64,000 nucleotides of DNA from Cenococcum geophilum (Eukaryota), in the NCBI GenBank assembly GCA_050273025.1, contig CP158635.1:31310001-31374000 (forward strand), given 5' to 3'. Every line of letters starts with the position of its first letter. The stretch's first letter is position 1. Positions 54,701-64,000 of this stretch are shown here, in pieces. Under the pieces are notes generated by a model. The model had not been told where the DNA came from. It worked only from the letters and a program-made list of their open reading frames with translations, and did no database searches. Position numbers and translations under genes: made by a program.

Positions 54701-56340
54701 AAGGCGGCATACCGGCTTTGTTCTGCTCGCTGCTGCGCCAGAGCGGTAGACGGGTCCACCAAAGCTGGGATTTGCGCGAGGTGCTGAGCAAAGCGGCCCC
54801 TGAGCAGCACCCTAACATTGTGCTAGGCATGGTCCGAGAAACCGTGGCCAAGACATTGGGCTTTGCACTGCCGGGTGATGTGGATATCGATCGCCCCTTG
54901 CAGGACATCGGAATCGACTCGTTGACCGCAGTTCTGATGCGCAACCAGCTAGCTAACCTGACCGGCCTAACGCTGGCCGCAAGCGTCGCGTTGCAGCACC
55001 CAAACCTCAAAGCCCTCAGCCGATTCCTGCTCTTCAAGCTGCGAGAGGCCGAGTCTGATTCTTCGTGCAACAGCAGCACTCCCCCCACCGGGTTGGTGTT
55101 TGAGCCGCCTTGGCTCAACATGGCTGCCATCGAGAAGGGCTGTCTGGACGCCAACTTCAGGTTCGACAACGCCCCCCATACCACCGTACTTCCCCACTCC
55201 GTCTTTGTCACGGGTGCCACAGGCTTCGTCGGCGCCTTCATTGTGCATGAGCTGCTCGAGCTGGGTATCGCCGCCCATTGCTTGGTGCGCGCCGACAGTG
55301 TCGATCAAGCCATGCAGCGTTTGTCGGATACGCTCGCTAGCTACGGCCTCTGGAAGCACGAATACACGTCGCTGCTCCATCCCGTTGTCGGCGACATGTC
55401 ACAGCCCCTTCTCGGCCTGTCCCAAGAAGCGTTCGAAAACTTGGCGAACTGTGTTGATACCATCTGCCATTCGGGCGCACTTGTCGACTGGATGCGCCCG
55501 CTGGAAGACTATGTCGGCCCCAACATCGTAAGTGCCCACGAGATTTTGCGCCTGGCCTCGTGTGGCCGTGGTAAGTCAGTGCACCTCGTCTCCACCATGT
55601 CCACGCTACCCAAGTACATGGGCTACGAGGTCACAGAGAAAGACCAGGAATACGGCTATGCTACCTCGAAATATATGGCGGAGCGCATGGTGGCAGCGGC
55701 ACGTTGGCGCGGCTCCAGGGCATCCGTTTACCGCTTGCCCTTTGTCACCGCCTCGTCCGCCACCGGTCACTTCCGTCTCGACCGCGGCGACTTCTTGCAC
55801 AACCTCATCTCCGGGTGTCTAGAAATGGGCGCCTTTCCATCATTGGACGCCGACATGTCGGCCGTGCTGCCCATCGATTACCTGTGCAAGACCATCGTTG
55901 CCGTGATGACCCAAGATGTGCATCGAATCGGCCGGGACTACGACTTTGCGAATGCGCGTGCACCAAGCTTCAACCACTACTTCAAGCTGATGAGTGCCGC
56001 CAGTGTTGGGCAGGAGATCGTACCATTTTCCACATGGCGGAAACGGGCATTGGCCCATGCTGCTGCACTTATCTCAAGCCCACTGGCTCGCATCGCTGCT
56101 CTGCTCGACAGTGTCACTGACGACAAAAAAGCGGCTGCCATGGTTACGGGCTCGCCTGTTGGAGAACATGTGTTCGGGAACAACGATTACCCCGTTCCAC
56201 TAATCGATGAGCAGTCTGTGCGACGGTATGTCAGTCAAATTAATGCAGCGCGGGTGGAAGAATGCACTACCAACGCAGTTGCGATGCCTGTTGTTGAGTG
56301 CCCATTGACCTATTTACCCTCAATGAGGGCTGATTGTTGA
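48784..56340 (+). CDS. Hybrid NRPS-PKS, A-T-KS-AT-KR-ACP-R (2518 aa), NPS7/PKS24- or SwnK-like architecture
   Basis: A: YTSGSTGKPKG, NMYGPTE, YRTGD. T: GGDS. KS: DTACSSS, HGTGT, GHTQAAAG. AT: GHSVG, HAFH (malonyl). No DH motif. KR: GGLGDLG, YAAAN. ACP: GIDSL. R: TGATGFVG, YATSK. Single intronless GC-rich ORF. Confidence 0.96.
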   Translation: MSTISAADHQTAIRQFNATDDTTKLGHCLHHLLQNVTDSYSEKTALICGDRELTYHGLNTRANCFARVLEERGIGCGDLVGVALDRSVDLVVVLLAVLKTGAAFVPIDPAFPADRIGHMINDAGPKLVIVGASTQDALPFWEGACLNMDEARNNTANSDVEERNLEANVRAEDLAYVIYTSGSTGKPKGVEISHGALCNLLYSMQREPGCSETDRLLAVTTISFDIALLELFLPLLCGATTVVAQTHNIRDPTALLGLIRHHGITMMQGTPATWQMLLEAGWQEDLRLSKILCGGDALPQRLAERLLPYAESVWNMYGPTEATVWASVWKVRQGQEVVIGRPIANYRLYVLGEDLSPVPPGSDGELYIGGAGLARGYHNKPEITRSRFLDDPFHKGLLYRTGDIARFEDAERLSVLGRADGQVKIRGHRVELGDIEAAITDHSDMSEAVAISRDDRLVAYCVRDASIPVPAEALKPTLGSVLRPWLAERLPAYMMPAFFVEMATFPMTLNNKIDRKALPDPTEAELPVTGRPMTEMECSIQLIWSSVLGHNRIGIHDNFFEIGGDSVRVVRVQKEAEKLLGRPLSAARLFEHYTVKTLAAYLDGAEKTKAECVLPRPRVQDNEGIAVVSMACRLPGDVTTPEEYWELLKRGADVTSDVPEDRWDAKSLYDNDPDAKGRSYCRRGGFLSSVDDFDASFFGISPREARAMDPAQRVLLETCWEGFERAGYTGEQLRGSQTGVYIGVCNISAHSCAPALADLDGYAVTGSAGGTMSGRVSYALGLEGPTLTVDTACSSSLVTTHLACNALRQGECDMAVSGGVTLLLTPGMHVEFSRLRGMSVDGRCRAFAADTQGTGWAEGCTAVVLKRLSDAVRDGDAVHAVLRGTAVNHGGRSAAGLTVPSGPAQQRLVRTALALSGLTPGDIDYIEAHGTGTKLGDPIEGVALAGVFGGSRPVAGGPLWVGSAKSNLGHTQAAAGLAGMLKVILAMKNNKIPRTLHAETPTSAVDWHSAHMALVQESQPWLSTVGRPRRAGISAFGIGGTNAHAIVEEPLLPSVDSTPLSTLLPPEIPFLLSGHSDAALCQQAEKLQRYIKSTSSPGQDRLGEVAYSLATTRSHFRRRLVVMAKDKAALLEGLGSVSSALPATNHVVQPRLAMLFTGQGSQVAGMGKDLYEVYPVFRDTLDEITSYFTELETPLIHVMQAASGGNTAALLQRTDFAQPALFALEVALWRLWKSWGVQLDLALGHSVGELAAAHVTGVLDLADACRLVAARGRLMQAVSSRGSMISLEAGAEEVTRAIQVLGLVSKVDIAGHNTPTQTVASGDSDAIEAVAVHFTAQGRKMKLLDVSHAFHSHHMDNMLAAFQAVAETVRFHPPRLPMVSSLTGKLAATGELERADYWVRQARGTVRFADGIQTLYQQGVSVFLELGPQPVLAGMGAACLAADESLAWMPSLVPGRHGALVVQRSLTDLHVRHVPINWTSFFEPFGCERVELPTYAFQRERFPPARDMDANTPNVNGVGHAQQQHPAQANVDRFHLEISWQEANTGDVAPGGLWGLLCPTGNVAGTWACAVKTTLARAGIEVREVGSLQEAGELHGLLCLWDSDVDDVAGLARDLAAKALTQLQTAAQTQFAPPLVWVTRCAVGASGGDDLVTGLGAGPLWGLMRTARSEHPELRLRLIDIDTETTAPNALAPALMLAAEPECAVRQELVLVPRMQRVGPVPQPAQQPLLRWDGAVLITGGLGDLGQRVARWLASAHSIRDLVLTSRRGMASPGAAELVAALAGLGAKATIIACNMADFDSVKAIMAAFNKDRPLRGVVHAAGAQDNGVLTALTPQRCVTAFAPKVDGAWHLHQLTRDMDMDMFVMFSSISGIMGMPGHGNYAAANTFLDALAHLRHAQGLPATSLAYGTWKGEGMAARIVGTTLARLTHLGLDMLSPEEGLQLFETAVRSGRALTVAAALDPERLQSYYEEQGGIPALFCSLLRQSGRRVHQSWDLREVLSKAAPEQHPNIVLGMVRETVAKTLGFALPGDVDIDRPLQDIGIDSLTAVLMRNQLANLTGLTLAASVALQHPNLKALSRFLLFKLREAESDSSCNSSTPPTGLVFEPPWLNMAAIEKGCLDANFRFDNAPHTTVLPHSVFVTGATGFVGAFIVHELLELGIAAHCLVRADSVDQAMQRLSDTLASYGLWKHEYTSLLHPVVGDMSQPLLGLSQEAFENLANCVDTICHSGALVDWMRPLEDYVGPNIVSAHEILRLASCGRGKSVHLVSTMSTLPKYMGYEVTEKDQEYGYATSKYMAERMVAAARWRGSRASVYRLPFVTASSATGHFRLDRGDFLHNLISGCLEMGAFPSLDADMSAVLPIDYLCKTIVAVMTQDVHRIGRDYDFANARAPSFNHYFKLMSAASVGQEIVPFSTWRKRALAHAAALISSPLARIAALLDSVTDDKKAAAMVTGSPVGEHVFGNNDYPVPLIDEQSVRRYVSQINAARVEECTTNAVAMPVVECPLTYLPSMRADC

Positions 56341-58348
56341 GTAAATTAGTCGCTACTTTGTAGCTCAACAGATACGAGTATCCCTTGCATTGATAAACGC
56401 GTCCTAGAGCTGTGCTCCGTGCACACCAATCAGGAAGCTGCATACTCAGGCAGTCAATCGTTCTGCCAGAAAACCAGGCCTCGTAGATGGGAAGAGGCTC
56501 AAAGGAAGGTGCCGGTGGCTTTTTCGCGACCCGACTTTTGGAAGGAGGATATTGAGTAGGCTGTGCAAGATCTAAATCATTAGAGATGTAGTTACAAACC
56601 ATTGTGGTGGTGTAATTGATGAAGTTATCTATTCTTTACTTCACGTTGATGTCAGCAGGGATCCGTTTAGGCCCTTGGTAAGATGCGATGAATGGCTTAA
56701 CTTGAAATAGAAAGGGACCAAAATCAGCCAGGTTGGAGGCGCTGGTGGTTGGAAGGTGGCAGACAGGGTTCCCGGTTAGCGCTTTGACGATGTCCCTCAA
56801 TTGGTTCAAGCTAACACATGCCATCCTGCTTGGCATCGCTTCGCAGCTGCACAGACCAAAGTCAAATCCATCCTCACATCACAGCGTCAAGAGAACTATC
56901 AACTGCACTGTATCCAACACGTCTTTATTGTCTATCCGTCACATTATGTTAGAATAATATCACAAAGGTAGGCATCCAATCCACCAAGATAACAGCCTAG
57001 CTAATTCATCAAGGTTTCCAGCCCCTCCTGAAGGCTTCCCCCTTTGCCTCTGCGAGCGGAACCCCAACTCAATCGCAAACGATGTTGCCTCTCCTCCCAG
57101 ACCCTCCAGACAAAACAATATTAGCTTGCCGCTTATCGAGTATTTGGCTGCCTTGGCTCCAGCCTAGTGCCAGCCAGTCATGCTGCTGGCGAGGAAGATA
57201 GATTCTTTGATAGGCTCGGGCCGATGCGGAGGTCGCAGGTGATAAGCTCGAGGGAAGACGTAGAGGTCAACGCTTTCCCAACCCAACACGGACGCAACAG
57301 GCCGAGGGGGAAACCATCGACATTTGAAGCACTTTGATTGTGTTGCACCATGAGGAGTTCTCTAGAAACCTGCTCTGCTGTCCGGACAATGCCTTGTACG
57401 GCTTCTCGCCGCCCGGAAGCGGTGCGATACTGTGAAAACACGGGATCCGACCTTCGCCATCTCCATTTTCACGAGATCCACCTCGCCATGGCACGATGTG
57501 ATGAAGCAAAGCGTTTTGGACCTGTGAGCCGCCGCAATCGCATGGGCCTATCACTACCGCATGTAGGCGCGAGCTCTGAGGCTGGGGATCCCATCGGTGC
57601 CACGTCTTCCGACCGCCGCACGCACAAATCATGGACAGCCGACTGCTCAAACGAAGGGAGAATGGGAGATCATACCTTACTGTGGCTTCTCGCCGAAGCA
57701 CGCCCGGAAGCCATGACTGAGCTTTCTTTCTTGCCTACGATTGGACACACCTCCGTGTCGAGTTCTACGGTCCCTTGGAAGCCGAGGGCACAGAATTGGA
57801 TGACAGCTATTGCCGCGACGGCTTTCTGGACCCATGACGTCCATGTCTCTCTCTAGGCACCGGATGAGGATCGTGAACAGCACGATGCCCCACGTTTTCG
57901 TGATAGCCCCGTCTCGTCCACGTTCCCGCAGTAAGCAGAAGCCTATTCTTAGATAAGAGCACTTGATCAGATGCGTCGAGCTTGCATGGACCTACGCCGC
58001 CCCCTCAACACATGACGCGATACACCTCAGCAATCCTGCCATAAACATGTCTGGTTTCTGAACGGACATCCTAGTGCCAGGAATTTGGAAAACAACTGCA
58101 ACTACAATCTTGTCTTTACTTGCACACTGTTATTGTTCCAGTATCGACGAAGTTTGTCAAAGGCGTCAATGGACTTGCTTGACTCGACGACATTGTTTTC
58201 GCTCTTCTCATTTCAAATTTACAGCTTCGATTATAAAGTTGAACTGGCATTGGAGCTCGCCGAATCGATCGCATATCGGTTGCAAGGTACAAACTGCCTG
58301 CGGATACACTGAAGTGGCTTACTCGACGAGTCCCATATTGCTTAGATT

Positions 58349-59665
58349 ATGCGAGATCAGGGCCAGGACGAAGACATCGACAATGGACTGCGCTTAGAGG
58401 ATATCAGTCGATTATCAGCGTGCGACCGATGCAGAGGGATGAAGACGCGTTGCGAGCGGTCCCACCACCGGGGCATTGCGCAACTGCAACAATGCCGTCG
58501 ATGCTGGCAGGCAGAGGTCAGACGCATCACGGCTCTCGAGGCACAGCAGCATCAGAATGAGAATACAGACAGGTTAACCTAAAGGAATCGGAAATGGCCT
58601 CCAGAACCTTCGGTCGAAGCAAACAATAGTTCCCAGTTCCTGAAACTCGGGAGCGTAGACGAGCAGCACCACACTACCCTACTGGAACATCAATCTGAGC
58701 ATATCGCAACCGAGATGCCGTCATTGTCTTCCGTGCCAGCAGGTTCCACGGCCGAGGATGGATTGTTGCCATCCCATGAAACTGACTTTCAATGGCACGA
58801 GAGCAAAATGGTAGATCCGGAGGGAGGCGCAATGCACAATCTAGACCATAATCAGACTAGCGCCACAGATGGGCCGCCGACGAGCGATGTCACCGTTTCA
58901 TTTGCAAATCACACCCCGGACAGCAGAACTTCCATGGACGCCATGACCAGTATACCCGAAGCAACCCAGTTCAACCAAACACCACAGCAGAGCGATAATC
59001 TGTTTTGGAATAGCTTGCCACCGTTCTCGTCCTCAACTCTTTCCGGCACACAAACGCCACAAATGGAAGCAAACAGGACAATCATGAACGAGCTAATAGA
59101 TTTCAACACCAGAGTGTCGCACGATCTCTAGGATGCCAGGGTGACGAATCGATCCCGAGGCGACGAGAAAAGCATGATGGTAAAGACTTTACAGCATTCA
59201 GACATCTTCTTAGAGCTTTTAGGGGTTTTATCGCGTCCTAGATATGCACCAGATTGCAGTTCATCATACTTGGGAGGTACAACATCCCGCCACGCGGGTA
59301 GCACAAAGGGCCGGGGCGAAAAAATTGACACAGATATGGCACTGCAGTTGCTTTCCTGCAACATGAATGTGAGCAGCATGTATGAAATACTGTGCGTGAA
59401 GCTCACAACTCAGGATTTGCAGCTTGAGGAGGCACAGACGCTCCCCGCGCTCCGACTGGAGGGCTTGGAGAACCTAGACGTAGAAATTCGCGTCCAGGTC
59501 TTGGTGTATATCTGTTCCCTCACGTACATCAAAATTCAGAAGGAACTCAACTTGATTCGTCAGCGTGGATTGCTATCAAAACTGCAGACACCACCTTCCA
59601 GGTTGTCCTTGGGAACGGAAATAGCGGGGCTTGGAGCCCTACGTTTGGTGTGGAACAGATCTTAG
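58349..59665 (+). pseudogene. Zn2Cys6 pathway-specific transcription factor, disrupted
   Basis: ACDRCRGMKTRC..QCRRCWQAEVRR, with the sixth Cys replaced by Arg. ORFs 58349, 58715 and 59141 are in one frame, separated by single TAA (58580) and TAG (59129) codons. A frameshift near 59580 is possible. Confidence 0.8.
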
Positions 59666-60025
59666 ATAATTTTCGCCGCGTTATTATGGCAAAGGGACTG
59701 TCATCTGAGACTCCAAAGTTTCAATCTCCCGCGTTCTTGCATATTGCTCCCTCCCTTGTTCTTATTTGTTAAAAGTTGTTATTATACTATCTAGTTCTGA
59801 AGTATGAATTCTTAACTTCCGTTAGTTGATGGCGAAATTTATTAAAGAATTATTGTTAACGAGTAGTGAGTTGGATGCATCTATAGGAAGCTTCTCTTGT
59901 TTTTGAAAGATAAACAGCTAACTGCTTGCCCGAAGCTCTGCGACCTACAATTGCGCCTCTATCTGCAAATGCTTCTCGATCTAACGATACAATTCTTTTC
60001 CGCACTCTCCAACAGACAATGTCAG

Positions 60026-61502
60026 TTATTCTAAGTGGATGCGACGTGGCTCTCTGTTCAAAAGGAAGTTAATTCCACTCAAAAGGCCTGTCAGGCCAGT
60101 GTACAGGATCAAAATGCCGTATCCACTTCCGTAGCCTGCCACAGCCTGTCCCCGCCACGGCATACCCATGACAAGCGCGCCACTCAAAGGTCCAGATATG
60201 ACATTCCCGATTCCCCTCCCTATGCACAGGTGGCCGTATACCATTACTGGGTCAACATAGCCCTGACCTTCGTTCCCACCGCTCTCGGAAACTTCTTTCA
60301 TGATTCCCGGCCATATCGATGTCCAAGACCCCGCGAACAGGCCGTAAAAGATACAGAACACGTACAAGACTGGTAGAGATGCTGCAAACCCCCAAATGAG
60401 TAAGGCTGATGTAGCCGCACCCATCGCCGAGATGATTGTGCACGTTGTGACACGGAGCTTGTCAGTTAGTGAGCCCATGATTACAAGACCGATCGTCGCG
60501 GTTATATTGACCAGTATGAGTGTCAATGCTGACAGGAAAGTCGAAGCGCCGAAAACCGTGCGAGCGTAGCCTGGTAGGTAGATGCCTGGGAGGAAGTATC
60601 CAGTCGCCTGAATAATATTGGCCACTTGATGTAGGACAAACGATTTGGATGTGACGTATCGCATGTTGAACGGCTTTACGTGCGTATTAGCTGAGTACGG
60701 CAATCGGGGCTTGACGAGGAAGGTCAGAGGGGCCGAGCATGCAAAGAGAACACCAGCCCAGATTCTCATGGTTGTCCGGAACCCAACGGTATTAAGGAGA
60801 GTTTCGATGAGTAGAGGGAAGACGACACCTCCAAACCCTGCGGCGCTCCACACGATACCATAGGCCATGCCTTTGCGTCGGGCAAACCACTCGTCAATAT
60901 ATAGTACACAGGGACAGTAAGCGAAACAACCACCGATGCCAAAAAGGATCCCCTGTGTTCCGATAAGCTGAGGCACGCTGTTGCACGAGGAGCTTATTGC
61001 CATGGACAAGGAAGTGATAAAGAGGCCCGCCGGCGTGAACCATGGAGCCCGGCAAGGGTAGAGGCGGCATAGGACAAGAACGAAGGGTGTTCCTGCGTAT
61101 ATCGTTCCCTGGTGTCCTTGTCAGTCTCTGTGGCAATGAGGCGAGTTGCTCAGGTTCGCTCACCATCGTGGTGGTTCCGATAACAGCAATATGCCCTGAA
61201 TGTGCAAATGGCTCACGATTACTGTAGAAGTCCTGGAAGACGCCGAATGAAAAGCCGAAGCCTAGTTGGGCTCGGGTTAGTACGGAGGATGAATATGAAT
61301 GTGCTGGCAAGTACTCACCAAATACTAAAGCCTCAACAGCCCAACAAGCGACCAAGAATAGCCACGCATCCTTCCCTGTGTCGACAGGCGGCAAGGAAGA
61401 TTCGGGTTCTGGAACTTCAACCTCAGAGTTGTTGCTTCGTGCAAGCTGTTGCTGGATAATGCCATTAGATGTGCCTACATTGACGTCGTCGGGCTGAGTC
61501 AT
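60026..61502 (-). CDS. MFS transporter, monocarboxylate-porter (MCT) family, 3 exons
   Basis: PPVDTGKDAWLFL, FSFGVFQ, DEWFARRKGMAYG and GSLTDK motifs. GT-AG introns at 61262-61318 and 61109-61163 join the ORF-track pieces in frame. Confidence 0.9.
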
Positions 61503-62729
61503 GGTGAAACGAAACAATTGAGATGATAGTCTTGAGATGATAGTCTTGAGACGATGGAATCAGTGGTGGGGAAGGGCACTGCTAAAAGAACTCGATGGCA
61601 GAGACCTGGGCACTAAGACTAGTTGGGCTTGCTAGTACCACCGCCCCGCTATCCGCCCATTAGGACACAGAAGGTCACATATCGGCGCTCCGACTTATGG
61701 AACATCTGCAAGCATGCCGGCGAATTAAGACGAGTCAAAAGCAACCCTCCCAATTCTCCGTCAGAGCCCCCGATGAAATGACCGTGCAAATTTTGGGATG
61801 CGCCCCCATGTACATCCAAGAATCTTCCCGATCTTGGCATACGGTAACAGATTCTGTGGACGCACTAAGTCGGTCGACATCAAGCCTTGATACAGTAATC
61901 CAAGCGTCAAAGATCTACACGGTCTAGAAAGCCGACCAATATCATCTAAGTCGGGATCAGGCCTTCAAGCCGTAAACAAAAGTTCCGGCAGATCTCGCAG
62001 ATCCCTCTAGCTCATTCTCATGCTGCTGGATATCCCATGCAACGTTGATGTCCCACTACAGACGTGCGAAACACCAGAATCAGAGCTGCGCAGAAGCTTC
62101 GCAGATAATATAGATTAATTTAATCATTAATCAATCAACCACCATACCTTCTAATCGTGCTTTTCTTGATCCTGATATCGTCCAACCTACCAAATACGTC
62201 GTTCCTCCAACTCGTGTAGCGAAGGAACTACCTCCGGAGCCTTGGCAGCTGCCCAAATTCGAGCTCTTTGTCAGAGCTTCATATTCCTCATCACGGCTCT
62301 AAAATCCCAACGATCTAATTGGCTGGAGCTTATCGATAAGCATAGGACACGAATCAAATCTACTCCGGCTTTGAATTCGGACTGTTTTTTGCTAACACAT
62401 GCATGAACTTTCTTCTGAGTATAGTACGCTGGAAATCTGTGCTTGCTGATAGGCGTTGCTGTGCCATTGTCGCTTCCCTTATTGCCCAGCAAAATACGGA
62501 ACAAAAGTTCTTGCACCTTCCTAATTAGGAAGTTTGGCTCGCCGCCCACCAAAGTATCATAAATTTTATCATCGGAAGCTTAAAAACTTGCATTTAAAGT
62601 TTTAGATAAAAGGCGAGATATAAGCGATCAATTAATTAATTATTAATAAGCTAGGTGTTTTTAAGGTTATCTCATTACCAGATGTCCACCAATTACAAGC
62701 CGGCTTACATAAGCTTATATGGTGGAAAC

Positions 62730-64000
62730 GTCTAGAGTACAGTTTAAATTTTTCCGGGGTGCAGCTAACCAAGGTCACGGAAAAGTTGAACAAGGTCACC
62801 GATGGGGTCGGCGAAAGTTAAATGGGGTCACCGATGGAACCACCGGCAAAAGGTCGGCGGGGTCACACTTTTACCCATACAGAACGCGCATCGGTAGCCA
62901 TATTTAACTTAAGCGACCGCACAAACTAAATACCTAGGGCATATGCTACGCATACGCACACAGATACGCAAACACGTAGACACACGGATATACAAATATA
63001 CACATATACACACATATATATAGACGCGCATTTATATATGCCTCGCTATATTAATAATAACTGAAAATAATACTAAAGCAAACGAGAGTATAGTAGCGTG
63101 GCTAAACGGCTTACTAGTAAGTTTGCACCACCATATGTTACACATATGCTAAGTATACGCAGGTACTCTAGAGCGTACCTAACATTGAACACAAAGATAA
63201 TAGTTCTTAAGATAATATAATTAATAGAGAGAGAATTAAAGATAAAGAAGCTGAGGAGGGCAAGGGTTAAGATAGTATGCAATAGCAGCTTCTATTTTAT
63301 ATAGGTCTCTCTAAGATAAGACTATATACAATACTATGCATAGGCTATATATATGCTTAGAATAGCTAGAGCACACTCTAAGACTATAGAGCACTTATTA
63401 GCTCCAACGGCAAGCATTAAGTTATTATCTAAGAGGCAATAGACCATATTATAATGCTAGAATATCCAGCGACTAAAAAAAAAGGAATTGCACACTTTAT
63501 TTATAAAGCAACACCTTTACTATCTATAGATGTAGATAAAGAGACAGTACGCGATATTATTAAGGAGTATATATTAAAGGTAAGCTATGCACATGCTAGG
63601 CATATGCTGTATTTATACCTCTAGTAGATTTAATTCTTATTCTATTAAACTGGTAACGCTAAGATTATATAACTAAAACTCCTTAGAGAAACCAATAATT
63701 GGGAGAGTAGAAAAGTATTCCACCAAGCATTTAAATACAGCGGTATTAGACACTGTGAGTACGCCTATAAGGATATACTCCGTATATACTCGGTATATAA
63801 TTAGGTTAAGCTTAAATTAATTAACAACCTCCGAAAGCGTAGTAGTCGTCTATACTAGGCAGTAGAGATTAATAAAAAGCTTAAGTAAAGCACAGAGAAG
63901 TAAGCGTTGTCTATATATATTAGGCATATGCTTATAATATACAGCTACTACCACAGTATTCTATAATTATGGCGGTAGTATATCTACCCTAGTACATAAG
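62730..64000. repeat. RIP-degenerate repeat of unidentified class
   Basis: Return to AT-rich, TpA-rich, stop-rich sequence; no diagnostic motif recognised. Confidence 0.5.

Noticed and set aside
48940..56203. Many overlapping ORFs within the NRPS-PKS
   Set aside because: Shadow ORFs of a GC-rich coding sequence with no motifs.
48784..56340. Calling the synthase swnK
   Set aside because: The domain order is the same, but the A code is glycine-type and no swnA/H/N/R/T neighbours are present.

Overview
Filamentous-ascomycete genomic DNA. Positions 1-45.9 kb are an AT-rich, RIP-mutated nest of transposons. They include an AGAGCT satellite, a hAT element carrying an unclassified TIR element, and two nested Ty3/gypsy chromoviruses. 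Also present are an ORF1-only LINE derivative, three head-to-tail Crypton copies, a full-length Ty1/copia, a gag fragment and a piggyBac-like transposase. A 1-kb non-coding retroposon begins exactly at a complete HDV-like ribozyme fold, and a Ngaro-type tyrosine-recombinase retrotransposon ends the block. Positions 46-62 kb are an intact gene island: a low-specificity L-threonine aldolase, an intronless bacterial-style NRPS-PKS (A-T-KS-AT-KR-ACP-R) whose A domain carries a glycine code, a pseudogenised Zn2Cys6 regulator and an MFS transporter. RIP-degenerate DNA resumes at about 62.7 kb. All motif calls were read by eye; no searches were run.
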